Shown: positions 8,782 through 18,538 of the stretch, one piece after another
Layout: each line of letters opens with the position of its first letter
Numbering within the stretch: position 1 is the stretch's first letter
IMG/VR virus record: IMGVR_UViG_3300047408_000067
Coordinates: 26,616-90,615 of that record
Strand: one strand, 5' to 3'
Source: a virus
Length of the DNA: 64,000 nucleotides
Made by a program: the position numbers and the translations under genes
Notes under the pieces: generated by a model
The model's database searches: none
What the model was told of the DNA's origin: nothing
Seen by the model: the letters and a program-made list of their open reading frames with translations, nothing else

Positions 8782-9071
8782 TACCCTACCAGTGTACCAC
8801 GGCGAGCGTTCTTTATGCGCGCTTGAATCGCACCAGTGTAGATCACGAACTTCTCAAACTGATCTTCCAGGTAGGCCAGTTCTTGAATCAGTTCGTCACG
8901 GGTGGGATGTTGGAAACCCTGCATACGTGAGCTTTCGATGTCGTCCTGACACATGACCACAAACTGTTTGAGAGCGTCGTAGCATCCCTGGAGAGACCCG
9001 TGGGAGGTCCCTGGCAAGATGGAAATATTGCACGACGGACAGACCAAGGGCGCAGTATCATGATCATTCAT
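8781..9071 (-). CDS. hypothetical protein (CPSC..H....C plus coiled coil)
   Basis: ATGA overlap with stop of 9068..9409. Confidence 0.6.
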   Translation of the reverse strand: MNDHDTAPLVCPSCNISILPGTSHGSLQGCYDALKQFVVMCQDDIESSRMQGFQHPTRDELIQELAYLEDQFEKFVIYTGAIQARIKNARRGTLVG

Positions 9072-9409
9072 GAGATGGCCAGATTTTGGCGATGGACCAT
9101 TTCGGCTGGCAGGACCACCAGGTCTATAGGAGAACCCTCTATTTGGTGAAAGGTAATCTGTATACATGGTGCCAGACCTTCTTTGGAAGCTGCACGTTGA
9201 AGCAGTTTCCAGTCTGCCACGCGAATGCTAAATGATAGGCGTTCGGTCTCCTTGTTGTCCGTTAGTAGCTCGTCGTCCTTGACGTCAAACTTGGCATGCC
9301 AGAATCTACCTGATGACGGCTGAGCACGGCCCACTCGTGCTTTCGCCCATGCCTGTTCGTGACGCTTGTTATCCTTCGTGGGCTTATCTGCCCACTTAGG
9401 ACGACTCAT
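9068..9409 (-). CDS. phage resolvase-like PD-(D/E)xK nuclease
   Basis: HE..WAK...GRAQPSSG.....DVK......DNKET..SFSI; close to recA. Confidence 0.65.
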   Translation of the reverse strand: MSRPKWADKPTKDNKRHEQAWAKARVGRAQPSSGRFWHAKFDVKDDELLTDNKETERLSFSIRVADWKLLQRAASKEGLAPCIQITFHQIEGSPIDLVVLPAEMVHRQNLAIS

Positions 9410-9713
9410 CGTCAGGCGCTGGATGCATGTGCATCATCTCGTGCTGGAGCTTGGCCTGCCACCACATACCATGCCAGTCTCGCGCGAGGATAAACGCCTT
9501 ACTGTAGTGAAATCCAGACGCCTGCAATTTCTCGAAGTACATGTGAAACATCTGGGCCAGTTCGTCCAGCCCTTGCCCCACTTGATCGCCTTCGTGCGTC
9601 GTGCTCAAACCGCGCAGGAATTCCTCAACTGCATCACCGATCGGTTGGTCGTCTTTTGGTTCTTGTTTCCTAGGCATTCGTTGGCCAATCTGGATCTGGA
9701 ATCGGTGCAACAT
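9396..9713 (-). CDS. hypothetical protein
   Basis: Co-oriented overlapping ORF; start may be 9677. Confidence 0.6.
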   Translation of the reverse strand: MLHRFQIQIGQRMPRKQEPKDDQPIGDAVEEFLRGLSTTHEGDQVGQGLDELAQMFHMYFEKLQASGFHYSKAFILARDWHGMWWQAKLQHEMMHMHPAPDDESS

Positions 9714-9957
9714 CGCCCGTCATAGCGGGTAGTATGTCGGCACTATGGGTAAGTATAACACCCTGAACGTTGGCAGTACAATCAGCGTGGTTGACCATGT
9801 GAGTGACAGTTTGCAGGTTATCTGTGATGTCCACCATAAGGTCTTGGACCATCTGCTCACTGACTTCAGGCCCCAACGTAAGTTGGATCAGCACTTCACC
9901 AGGGTCGGGTGCTGGCACCACTGATTGGGGTGCTACTTCAATGTCTTTAGTCGCCAC
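9670..9957 (-). CDS. hypothetical acidic protein
   Basis: GTG behind GAGGA overlapping recA end. Confidence 0.6.
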   Translation of the reverse strand: MATKDIEVAPQSVVPAPDPGEVLIQLTLGPEVSEQMVQDLMVDITDNLQTVTHMVNHADCTANVQGVILTHSADILPAMTGDVAPIPDPDWPTNA

Positions 9958-10984
9958 TCTGTCCTCGCATCTTCACTGCCGCTTCTAGCAGACGTGCCAG
10001 CTTGGGTTCGCGTTCCAGCTTGTTGAGGAAGGCCAAGCGCATCGCAGGTGGTGTCCACTTGGTACCGTAGCGGAGGCCAGTTTGTTCTACTACACCGACT
10101 TCCAGCCCTAGTTGTAGTAGTTCGCTGTATCGATCCACCGCACGTAGCTCGAAAAGGTACCGGAAAGAACCGTCTCTTTCCGCGTTCGCGCCCGTTTTGT
10201 CCTTCTCAACGCGGACCCGTACGACACGTCCAATAGTACCATCTTTCTCAACGACCTTACCGTTTTCAACTTTGCGGGTCTTTCCTTTGATTGCCTCACC
10301 CTTTCGAAAATCGACACGTTGAGAAGCAAAGAAACCAAACGCTCTTCCACCGACGGGTTTTTCTGGGTTGCCATAGTGAACCCCGACGTTTTCTCGCACC
10401 TGGTTTATCAAGACGACAGCAGTTCCGCCAGAGTTTACAGCGTTCCACTTGCGCGCCATCTTGCTGGTTAGCTTCCCCATTTTACCCATTTGGGAAGCCT
10501 CTGCGGATTCCTCCAGCTCGTCCTTTGGTACCAGTGCGGCTATACTGTCCACCCCAACTACTTCGAATTTACCTGAGCGTATGAGTGTCTCACCAACATC
10601 GATTATCTCCTCGCCCACTTCCAGGTCGCCAACCATAGTGAGCGCGCTCAGGTCTATTCCCAGGCGGGCCGCGTGCAGAGGATCGAAGCTATGCTCCGCA
10701 TCCATCAAGGCGCAGTTGAGTCCCGCCTGCTGTGCCAGCGCTATTGTCCTGTACAAGGCATGACTCTTCAGGGCTGCATACTGGCCGTAGAATTCGGTTA
10801 TACGACCCAATGCGATCCCGCCACCCAAGAGAAAATCCAGAGTCAGTATCCCAGTCGAGATTCTCCGGATCTGGAACTTCGGGTCCGATGCGCGGAAGAG
10901 CACCTGCTTCCCGAACCTCTTCTGCAATATCGTCTGCACTTCCGCTAGTTGTGTGGGCGCAAGTGTGGCAGACTTCGACTTCAT
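9947..10984 (-). CDS. recA: RecA-family recombinase
   Basis: ISTGILTLDFLLGGGIALGRITEFYG, Walker A variant GQYAALKS, DAEH, VDSIAALVP, INQVRE, GG.A..F. Confidence 0.92.
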   Translation of the reverse strand: MKSKSATLAPTQLAEVQTILQKRFGKQVLFRASDPKFQIRRISTGILTLDFLLGGGIALGRITEFYGQYAALKSHALYRTIALAQQAGLNCALMDAEHSFDPLHAARLGIDLSALTMVGDLEVGEEIIDVGETLIRSGKFEVVGVDSIAALVPKDELEESAEASQMGKMGKLTSKMARKWNAVNSGGTAVVLINQVRENVGVHYGNPEKPVGGRAFGFFASQRVDFRKGEAIKGKTRKVENGKVVEKDGTIGRVVRVRVEKDKTGANAERDGSFRYLFELRAVDRYSELLQLGLEVGVVEQTGLRYGTKWTPPAMRLAFLNKLEREPKLARLLEAAVKMRGQSGD

Positions 10985-11087
10985 AGACCACCTTCTTCAG
11001 TTGCTCTTCCGTGCGGGGTTCTAGACACGTGAAGCAGCGATGCAGTGGCGCAACTGCTCTGCGCTTCCTCAGAAAATCTAACATCAT
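10689..11087 (-). CDS. small Zn-finger protein overlapping recA 5' end
   Basis: GAGAGGA RBS; CFTC...CHTC; second Cys pair lies inside recA. Confidence 0.45.
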   Translation of the reverse strand: MMLDFLRKRRAVAPLHRCFTCLEPRTEEQLKKVVYEVEVCHTCAHTTSGSADDIAEEVREAGALPRIGPEVPDPENLDWDTDSGFSLGWRDRIGSYNRILRPVCSPEESCLVQDNSAGTAGGTQLRLDGCGA

Positions 11088-11102
11088 CAGTACATTCCTC
11101 CT

Positions 11103-14100
11103 CTACTTCGGTATCGGGTACTTCGCATCTTCGAACACAATGCTGTTCCTGTCAACTTGTCGCTTGCCATACACCAGAACGACTCGTCCTTTGAACAGAT
11201 TAGCGCCATGTTGTTCCCACCATTTCGGAAACACCACCACGTCCCAGGTACCCAACCCGTCGTATTTGACCTGGACGAAACCCATCTTGTAACCATTCTT
11301 CGTAGTGATTTCACGTACCCTATCCACTTGCCCGCCAACCCAACACCATTTATCCTGAGAGCTTGTTAGGGACTTCAGGTTCAAGGGCCTGCGAACCTTG
11401 CGGTCTAGAACAACGCGGTATTGATCTATGGGGTGGCTAGTCACATACGTACCCAAAAGTTCAAGCTCGGTTTGTCCTCGGTCTTCGTCTCCCTGTGTGC
11501 CAATGGTTTCAAAGGCACCTACTCTGCGTAATAGTTCAATGACGCGGACGTTGCATCTTCGTCGTGTTACTGTCCTCCTCAAATGTTCCTCGGAGGTGAA
11601 TGGCCTGTTCTCTACTAGCTCAGCGCAGGCTGTAACCCCTACACCCTTTATAGCAGTCAGGCCGTAGCGGATGCCACGTTTACCTTCCACGACAAATCCT
11701 GAACCTGACTTGTTTACGTCGGGTGGAAGGAAGCTAAGTCCAAAGAATAACTTCGCCTCGTCTATGTAGACAGGGTAGTCATCCTTATTGGCATAGCTCA
11801 GCAGGGTACAGAAAAACTGTGCTGGATAGTGTGTCTTGAGCCACGCTGTCTGGTACGCTAGTTTCGCGTATGCTGTCGCGTGGGCGCGGTTGAAGCCGTA
11901 CCCTCGGTAGTTCCATATCATGTCCCATATCTTTGTGGCTATTTCTAGGGTGCAACCGTTGTGCAATGCCCCTTGGGCTGCTCCCTTGGATTTGCCACTG
12001 AGCTTGTCGTAGAGTTCGCCCCCATTGAAGAACAGTGGCTTGAGTTCGTCCCATATGTCACCCTTCTTATACTTGATGGCCTCTTTCAGCTCGTCTACAA
12101 GGTGGTGATCGAATCCTCCGATTTGAAGTCCAATCTCCATGACTTGTTCCTGATATAGAACAACCCCCTGCGGTAAGATACGCCTGAGCCGTTTGTCTGG
12201 TAGCCTACGCCTGAGGTCTGTAGTTGCACCATCACGGCCTTCTCTATACTGCTCCACGAACTGGTTAGCACCACCGCGCCCGAGGGCCATGACAGCAATA
12301 AGGTCCTCAAAGCTCTGGAGTTGTAAATCTCGAACAACCTGCCTGGAAGTACCACCTTCAACCTGGAATACTCCCGAGCACGCACCTCTATTGAGAGTGG
12401 CCCAAACCGCTGGATCCTCGTACTCATACATCTCCGCAAATGGATCTTCCCCTATCAGATCAATGCAGTCTTGTATGACATCCAGTGTAGTCAGGCTCAG
12501 GATATCAAACTTCACCACACCTAGCCGCTTGAGACCGTCCATATCATACTGAGTCACTACAGCCGCTTGACCACGCCCCTGTCCACGCCCAACCATCATC
12601 GTTGGGACCAGTTTGCGTAGGTCGAACGCTTGGTCTGCAATAACTATGCCAGCAGCATGCTTGCCTTCGCCTGTGATGAGGTCCTGAGCTGTCGTAGCCC
12701 ACTCATAAAAGCTAGGGTAACTAACCATAGCCCCCTTTAGTACAGGGTGTAGATGCTCGTCTTGAAGCAGTTCCTTTAGGTCGCCACTAGCCTTCAGGTT
12801 GACGATGAGTGCTGCATCTGGCAGAGACTTACTTGCCGCAAATTGCTCGTTGCGCGGATACCCCAACGCCCCCAGGATGCGTTGTACTGTGCTCCGTGGG
12901 CCACCCCTGCCGAACGTACCTACTCGTTGGGATTGGTACGGTGCTTGATTATATCTGCTAAGTAGGTATTTGACGACTTCTTCGATCCTGCTGTGCGGGA
13001 AATCAACATCGAAGTCCGGGAGGCTTGGGCGCGCCGGATTGAGAGCACGCTCAAACATAAGATCATACCGCACAGGATCCACATCAACAATGCCCATAAG
13101 ATAGGCTGCGAGTACCCCCGCCATACTGCCACGGCCAGGGCCGACACGAATCCCACGAGACCTAGCCCAATCAATATAGTCGCGAACAATAAGAAACTCT
13201 TCTTCGAACGTACTGCCGAAGATGACGCCAAGCTCGTATTGTAGACGAGTCCGGTACGTCTCAATATCCTTTGCCAGCCCTCCACGTCTCTCCAGCACTC
13301 GCAACCTCTTTTCGCAGATTGCGCGCATATAGTCAGCAGACGATACTTCCGTATTCTCTCTTGGAGCAACTGGGATGTGCCAGCTTCTTTGCTCCAGTTC
13401 TGGGATACTGAGCTGTATATCGTCTGTGTACTCTCGTATAGTGCGCTGGCTAGCTGCCCATACTGCGGGTTGGTCTGCCCAGAGTGCTCGCATTTCAGAC
13501 GTTGTTTTGAGATGATATCCTGAGCCATCAAAGTGGAATCTGGTCGAATCCCTCCAAAGGGACATCGTCTGGCATGCCAGCCATATGTCGTGTACCGAAT
13601 GGTGCGATGCTTCAACGTAATGGCTGTCGTTGGTGATGACCAGTGGGAACCCGTACTTGTCGTGCCACCTGATAAGCCTGTTGTTGACCTTCTCCTGGTC
13701 ATCGTTAGCCCGCCTGTCGCCAGTGTTCTTCAGGTTATAGTCATGCCGCTGTAGCTCGAGATAGAAGTACGGGAACAGTTCCCTGAAATACTGAGCATAC
13801 TGGAGGGCCGTAGCGTTCTGGTTGGCTAGGATTAGCTGCGGTATTGGACCATTGAGACAAGTCGAGCTGGCGATAAGGTGTCGTCGGTCTTTCCGCGGTA
13901 TTGCTTCCAGCGTACTATAATCGACACGAGGCTTATAATAGAAGTGGCTAGGATCGTTCGCGGTACTGCTAAGTTCGCACAGTACCTCGTACCCTCGTCT
14001 GTCACGAGCAAGCAGTACCAGATGGTGCCGCCTAGGACCCTCTTTCTTGCCGGTCTCAGGATCAACTGTTCTGGTACGGTCAGTACAGTCATCGCAAAGA

Positions 14101-14306
14101 TAGAATTCCTGCCCCACAATAGGTCGAACGTCAGCCTTTCGGCACGCCTGGTAAAACTCAGGAACTCCAGACATGCGTCCATGATCTGTAATTGCGAGAG
14201 CTGACTGCCCATCATCTTTGGCTTTCTGGACCAGATCCGGTATGCGTGATAGCCCGTCTAGCACGCTATACTCTGTGTGGTTGTGTAGGTGAACGTATTT
14301 ACTCAT
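11103..14306 (-). CDS. dnaE: DNA polymerase III alpha subunit (family C)
   Basis: PHP motifs HLHNHTEYSVLDG, TDHG, NDSHY; GPGRGS; catalytic PDFDVD; KFDIL; YGFNRAHA; OB fold; start moved to MSKYVHLH. Confidence 0.95.
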   Translation of the reverse strand: MSKYVHLHNHTEYSVLDGLSRIPDLVQKAKDDGQSALAITDHGRMSGVPEFYQACRKADVRPIVGQEFYLCDDCTDRTRTVDPETGKKEGPRRHHLVLLARDRRGYEVLCELSSTANDPSHFYYKPRVDYSTLEAIPRKDRRHLIASSTCLNGPIPQLILANQNATALQYAQYFRELFPYFYLELQRHDYNLKNTGDRRANDDQEKVNNRLIRWHDKYGFPLVITNDSHYVEASHHSVHDIWLACQTMSLWRDSTRFHFDGSGYHLKTTSEMRALWADQPAVWAASQRTIREYTDDIQLSIPELEQRSWHIPVAPRENTEVSSADYMRAICEKRLRVLERRGGLAKDIETYRTRLQYELGVIFGSTFEEEFLIVRDYIDWARSRGIRVGPGRGSMAGVLAAYLMGIVDVDPVRYDLMFERALNPARPSLPDFDVDFPHSRIEEVVKYLLSRYNQAPYQSQRVGTFGRGGPRSTVQRILGALGYPRNEQFAASKSLPDAALIVNLKASGDLKELLQDEHLHPVLKGAMVSYPSFYEWATTAQDLITGEGKHAAGIVIADQAFDLRKLVPTMMVGRGQGRGQAAVVTQYDMDGLKRLGVVKFDILSLTTLDVIQDCIDLIGEDPFAEMYEYEDPAVWATLNRGACSGVFQVEGGTSRQVVRDLQLQSFEDLIAVMALGRGGANQFVEQYREGRDGATTDLRRRLPDKRLRRILPQGVVLYQEQVMEIGLQIGGFDHHLVDELKEAIKYKKGDIWDELKPLFFNGGELYDKLSGKSKGAAQGALHNGCTLEIATKIWDMIWNYRGYGFNRAHATAYAKLAYQTAWLKTHYPAQFFCTLLSYANKDDYPVYIDEAKLFFGLSFLPPDVNKSGSGFVVEGKRGIRYGLTAIKGVGVTACAELVENRPFTSEEHLRRTVTRRRCNVRVIELLRRVGAFETIGTQGDEDRGQTELELLGTYVTSHPIDQYRVVLDRKVRRPLNLKSLTSSQDKWCWVGGQVDRVREITTKNGYKMGFVQVKYDGLGTWDVVVFPKWWEQHGANLFKGRVVLVYGKRQVDRNSIVFEDAKYPIPK

Positions 14307-14691
14307 GGGGCCAAGACGCTGCTTCCTCTTGCGTAGCATCACGAGACGGTGCCTTGGTTGCTCTACTTTGGCTGCCGCCCATAGTATATTGTACCTTATC
14401 GCCACCTGCGGATGCACACCTGTACGCATGAGGCATCGGGACCTGCTCGTCCAAGAACATCCACGCACTGCACTCCACGCAGGCAGCAGATGGACGCACT
14501 AGATTCTGGTGGCTCACTGACTCAGTACCAATTTGCAGATACTGAAGGCAGTGGTTACACCAGATCTTACCCTTGGGGGCGTCTTCTCTTGGCTGGAGTA
14601 TACTTCCTGGGGTGTATCTTTCGTGCAGCAAGTAGCTCCCTGGCTTGTTCATTATCACTGGTAAGAAAGAGTCCTGTTGTGGGATCGACAT
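14299..14691 (-). CDS. Zn-ribbon hypothetical protein, start unresolved
   Basis: WCNHC...CVEC; N-terminal part overlaps 14567..14767. Confidence 0.4.
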   Translation of the reverse strand: MSIPQQDSFLPVIMNKPGSYLLHERYTPGSILQPREDAPKGKIWCNHCLQYLQIGTESVSHQNLVRPSAACVECSAWMFLDEQVPMPHAYRCASAGGDKVQYTMGGSQSRATKAPSRDATQEEAASWPHE

Positions 14692-14767
14692 AGCCCTCTA
14701 TTCCTCGCGCTTTTAGTTGCTGGTCAACGAACTCGGACGGTAACATCAAGCCATTGGGAGTAGGCAT
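14567..14767 (-). CDS. hypothetical protein (66 aa)
   Basis: TGATG overlap with the 3D-domain gene; MPTPNGLMLPSEF... Confidence 0.55.
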   Translation of the reverse strand: MPTPNGLMLPSEFVDQQLKARGIEGYVDPTTGLFLTSDNEQARELLAARKIHPRKYTPAKRRRPQG

Positions 14768-15126
14768 CACCACCCCCATCGCATAACGGTAACCCAAGCG
14801 TAGGTTCCGTAAGCTTTCTCTACGTTCTCTATGCCCCATGCGTAGCTTGGTGCCCACACATCTACTTGGTACTTGCTGAGATAACCAGTGTCTTCACACG
14901 TGACTACCCAATCGTCCTCTACGAATTTGAGCTGAGTACCAGCAGGAAAGTAGCTTCCGCAAGCCGCCGCACCGAGATGGGTTTGGTTGCCCCATCGCAT
15001 CGTGCCACGGACATTATAGAACGTCAGTCGGACGTGTTCCTGCCACAAGCCTTCGTCATCTGCATGCGCTATAGGCGTGACTGCGGATAACATGATAGCG
15101 AGCAGGGCTGCGCGCAAAACTGCCAT
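14767..15126 (-). CDS. secreted 3D-domain (MltA-like) cell-wall protein
   Basis: Signal peptide ending AHA; LTFY...G...AA...FPAGT.....EDTG.....VDVW. Confidence 0.7.
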   Translation of the reverse strand: MAVLRAALLAIMLSAVTPIAHADDEGLWQEHVRLTFYNVRGTMRWGNQTHLGAAACGSYFPAGTQLKFVEDDWVVTCEDTGYLSKYQVDVWAPSYAWGIENVEKAYGTYAWVTVMRWGW

Positions 15127-15132
15127 GTAGGC

Positions 15133-15161
15133 AGTGTAACATTTCTGTAACTAGGATGCAG
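15133..15161 (-). promoter_or_regulatory. extended -10 promoter, leaderless transcript for the 3D gene
   Basis: CTGCAT-N17-TACACT with TGn; ATG follows 6 nt later; no SD. Confidence 0.55.
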
Positions 15162-16077
15162 GTGTGTACTTACGAGTAGCGGATCTACTAGGTGTGCCAT
15201 CCGGATTGGCATGGTATCTGGCACGAGAGTACTTCTGGAACTCACACAGGGAGTGTTCTACGCCGCGCAGGGTCATCTGGTATCCTGGCCAGACTTGATG
15301 CCATTCAACCAGTCTATCAATCCCCTCAATAAAGGTCTCCTGCCTAGCCTGTAGAAACGCGATATAATCTTCCCATTTGATTCCAGAGTTACGCGCACCC
15401 CAGATCCAGAGAATCCCACGCTTACACCCAGGTCCGGCGTTGACCCAATCATTCTCACTAAAGTCCACAAGTCTAGAATAGTTGACGTCAATGGCAAGCT
15501 CGTACGCCAAGAACCGCCCGAACCCTTGTGTGTCATTGAAGATCTGCCATACCTGTTTCAGCGACTTCGCAGACGTAATAGCCCGTAGTAGTGCTGGTGT
15601 TTGCTTTTGTAGCCTGCCCACTAGCCAGCAGATGTTCCTGATTTTGTCTGGAAAGCCACCAAACTTCACGCCAGTAACAGTAAAGGCATCCGTAAACACC
15701 CGACTGCCGTGATTCTCGTAGGCGTTTAGATATCTGGCTGCCCGCTCCCAATCCCAAGCTCCCCACCGTGTCATCTTGCAGCGCAACCACAGGAACCTGA
15801 AGGTATCAATGTCGTTGAACAGTCTGTACACCATGATGGCGAACAGCATGTCTTTGTCATCCTGTATCCGCAGTATGTTGCGGATGAGGAAGATGGTACC
15901 TTTGTCCAGTTCTCTGTAGACGTTGGTGAAGAAGTATTGCTTCAGTACAGGGTCGACAGTCCAAGGGGCTGGCATTTGGAGTTCCATGCGTCTGTAGTAG
16001 ATTGCTTGTCTTTCAACAACAAAGTTCCAGAACGCAGCCATCTTGTCTTGTCGGTAGGCAGGCAGTATGTTGGGCAT
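15151..16077 (-). CDS. 5-hmdU DNA kinase (aGPT-Pplase1 family)
   Basis: FWNFVVERQAIY, PWTVDPVL..Y.FTNVYRELDKGT, YRLFN, G.G.FLAYE...D..Y, NAGPG..RG, EHSLCEFQKY. Confidence 0.85.
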   Translation of the reverse strand: MPNILPAYRQDKMAAFWNFVVERQAIYYRRMELQMPAPWTVDPVLKQYFFTNVYRELDKGTIFLIRNILRIQDDKDMLFAIMVYRLFNDIDTFRFLWLRCKMTRWGAWDWERAARYLNAYENHGSRVFTDAFTVTGVKFGGFPDKIRNICWLVGRLQKQTPALLRAITSAKSLKQVWQIFNDTQGFGRFLAYELAIDVNYSRLVDFSENDWVNAGPGCKRGILWIWGARNSGIKWEDYIAFLQARQETFIEGIDRLVEWHQVWPGYQMTLRGVEHSLCEFQKYSRARYHANPDGTPSRSATRKYTPAS

Positions 16078-17078
16078 TAGATGAATGCTAGATGGGACTT
16101 ATCGTCCGCAAGCTCCTCGTTCATGACGTCGTGGTAGACGTGGAATCTGCAGTCATAGAAGTCACATTCTGGAATGATAACTCGCTGCATGGCTGCGCGG
16201 TGTGATTCACTATACCAGAGATCGCGGAATCCATTACCTCCATTTGTGGAGAGTGCGCCAATGGAGATATCCTCAATACGGTCCTGATAGTAACAGCACA
16301 CCCACACTGTGCCGAGTGCGTCGATAACAGTGTGTAGCGGGGAAAGCCAACATTGTCCATTCTGATGAGTCTTAGCAATACCACCGAAGACTCTTCCAGG
16401 GTATCTAGCTCCAAGCTCCTGAATGGTATCTTGAATAGCCCGCTTGTCTTCCTCAGGTAGGAGTTCAGGATCGTCGTTGCAATGGCGCTTCGCCTTGATG
16501 CTAACGTAGTCAACTCCGGCATCTAGTATCTCCTCCGTGAGGTATTCGACTGCTGCCACACTGCTGCTACCAAGCAGGATTTTCCCACCAATCCTACAAC
16601 TAGAGTTCCTACTATCACGTTCCTGGACAATTCGTCGAACGTTGTCCAGTTGGTTGACAGTATAAACAGAGACCCGAATGTAGCGGCTTCCAGCATAAGC
16701 CAGAACATGAACACAAGCATCTGGGCGGGTTCCGTTCGTGATCATCCCGAATTGGAGATTATTGCTAGCGACGATATCAACAAGATCGCGAAACCTAGGG
16801 TGAAGAGTAGGTTCTCCACCTCCGGAAAACTCAAGGGACTCGCCGCCCATCTCGCTAAAATCACGAACGAAACTATCAAAGACGCTGACACCAAGGCTTG
16901 CAGGTCGTGCATTCTCAGCGTTAGAGATGCAGCCAAAACAGCGCATATTGCAACTGTACGTAGGATATACGATCGCCATTGTGGGGGCAACCATCTCATC
17001 GCGCTTGAGCTTGACCGCATCTTTGCGAAAGCTGAGTATCTTGGTGCGTAGATCTACTGGTGCGTATTGCGGAATCAC
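16077..17078 (-). CDS. radical SAM enzyme with SPASM/twitch domain
   Basis: CNMRCFGC, FSGGGEP, ITNG; C-terminal C...G.V.VCC...IG...LW...C....C; GTG start behind GGAGG overlapping GT stop. Confidence 0.9.
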   Translation of the reverse strand: MIPQYAPVDLRTKILSFRKDAVKLKRDEMVAPTMAIVYPTYSCNMRCFGCISNAENARPASLGVSVFDSFVRDFSEMGGESLEFSGGGEPTLHPRFRDLVDIVASNNLQFGMITNGTRPDACVHVLAYAGSRYIRVSVYTVNQLDNVRRIVQERDSRNSSCRIGGKILLGSSSVAAVEYLTEEILDAGVDYVSIKAKRHCNDDPELLPEEDKRAIQDTIQELGARYPGRVFGGIAKTHQNGQCWLSPLHTVIDALGTVWVCCYYQDRIEDISIGALSTNGGNGFRDLWYSESHRAAMQRVIIPECDFYDCRFHVYHDVMNEELADDKSHLAFI

Positions 17079-18538
17079 CCGAATGCCTCCAACCATGCCC
17101 TTGCCACGCCGCTAACAAACTTCATCCATCTCCCGTCTTGTGTAGGTTGAGAAGACAAGACTTGCAGCAGGGCTTCGCTACCCATAGCCGCAATTTCTGC
17201 CTGTGCCTCTTCCTCTAGTTCTTCTTCGTCTTCCTCTGGCTCAACGTCTGCCACTGCTAGTGCGGCGACTGGTATGTTTCGGGAAGTGAATACCTCTTGA
17301 CGCTCAACCATTTCGATTTCAGGAATGGGATCATCACAGACGTTATCCCAAAAGCTAGGGCTAACGACACCAGGGTGATGTCCATACTCCAGTCCGTTTT
17401 CAAGGTGGTCGAGTATCGTTGCCGCGTGTACCCTGGCATCACTGTACTCCCGCACAAACTCGATTGCTCTGTAGGCTATGCGCCGTTGAAGGCGTACATC
17501 TGCCATCAATTCGTTGAGTCTTTCGGCGATGCCTTGAGAAGAAGGTGGTAGTCCCCACGTAACGTCGACCTGGGACAGCGGACTCCACCTGTGTTCTTGT
17601 ACTCTTGTGGAGACGGCAGATACACAGCCATACAGCATGGCTTCGAGCATGACGCAGGACGTCTGGCCGTCGAACCTCTGTCCGCCAATAGAGCCGCTGA
17701 GATCCACGCTAACGTTATGCTGGCGATAAATACCAGGAAGTTCTGCTGGAAGCTGCGCCCCCCAATATTGGTGATCAGCTCGCCCACGGCCACGGCGCTG
17801 AGCAACGTGGTCAAGACCAATGCCATCTTTCCAACCCGCACCCACCTTGTTCCTGGCATTATGGTACTCGATGCCAGCGTTGTACAGATCAACAGGATAC
17901 TCAATGTTGGGTAGGGCCTTGATGAACGGATAGATACCTTTCCATTTCTTCCATTGCGGCATCCAGCAAATTGCGCCAGTTTTGTCTGGTAAGCACAAAC
18001 CCGCCTCTCTGGTATCTAGGGGGGTTGGCAGAAACACGAAGTGTCCGGGCAGCCTCGCCAGGGAGTCGTACTTGGATTGATAGCACGTAAACATGTGAAG
18101 GCTCACCAAGTCCGACACTTGACGATACCACGGGTAGTAGCTGTCCCACAGGTTGTCGTGAATCATCACCATGATTGGCAGGCCCGCGTCGGCTGCTTCC
18201 TGATACAGCATCATCCACGACATATCACCAGTGTTGGACTTGATATCATGTGGGCATGGCAGCATGAACATGACCACGTCGTAGTCGCGCAGTAGTTGAC
18301 GATACTGTCTCCTGGCCTCGTCTCCCTTGTAGGCCAGTTGCCTAGCGGGTAGCCTGTAGTACCTGTGGTTGACCATCGTAGGGGCGTCTGGACTAAGGCT
18401 GCGCACCTTACCTGCCCTGCTAGCCCAATAGTAGTCGAACGTGCAACCGATAGCCTCTAGACCATACTGCAACCCTTCGACTATGCGGTTTATCCCACCA
18501 CGCTCTATGATTTCAAAGTCAATTACCAGGAATCTCAT
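17075..18538 (-). CDS. GT-B fold glycosyltransferase (GT4-like), putative DNA glycosyltransferase
   Basis: N-terminal RGGI..IV.GL..GL...G; WKKWKGI; MLEAMLYGC; acidic C-terminal extension. Confidence 0.8.
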   Translation of the reverse strand: MRFLVIDFEIIERGGINRIVEGLQYGLEAIGCTFDYYWASRAGKVRSLSPDAPTMVNHRYYRLPARQLAYKGDEARRQYRQLLRDYDVVMFMLPCPHDIKSNTGDMSWMMLYQEAADAGLPIMVMIHDNLWDSYYPWYRQVSDLVSLHMFTCYQSKYDSLARLPGHFVFLPTPLDTREAGLCLPDKTGAICWMPQWKKWKGIYPFIKALPNIEYPVDLYNAGIEYHNARNKVGAGWKDGIGLDHVAQRRGRGRADHQYWGAQLPAELPGIYRQHNVSVDLSGSIGGQRFDGQTSCVMLEAMLYGCVSAVSTRVQEHRWSPLSQVDVTWGLPPSSQGIAERLNELMADVRLQRRIAYRAIEFVREYSDARVHAATILDHLENGLEYGHHPGVVSPSFWDNVCDDPIPEIEMVERQEVFTSRNIPVAALAVADVEPEEDEEELEEEAQAEIAAMGSEALLQVLSSQPTQDGRWMKFVSGVARAWLEAFG

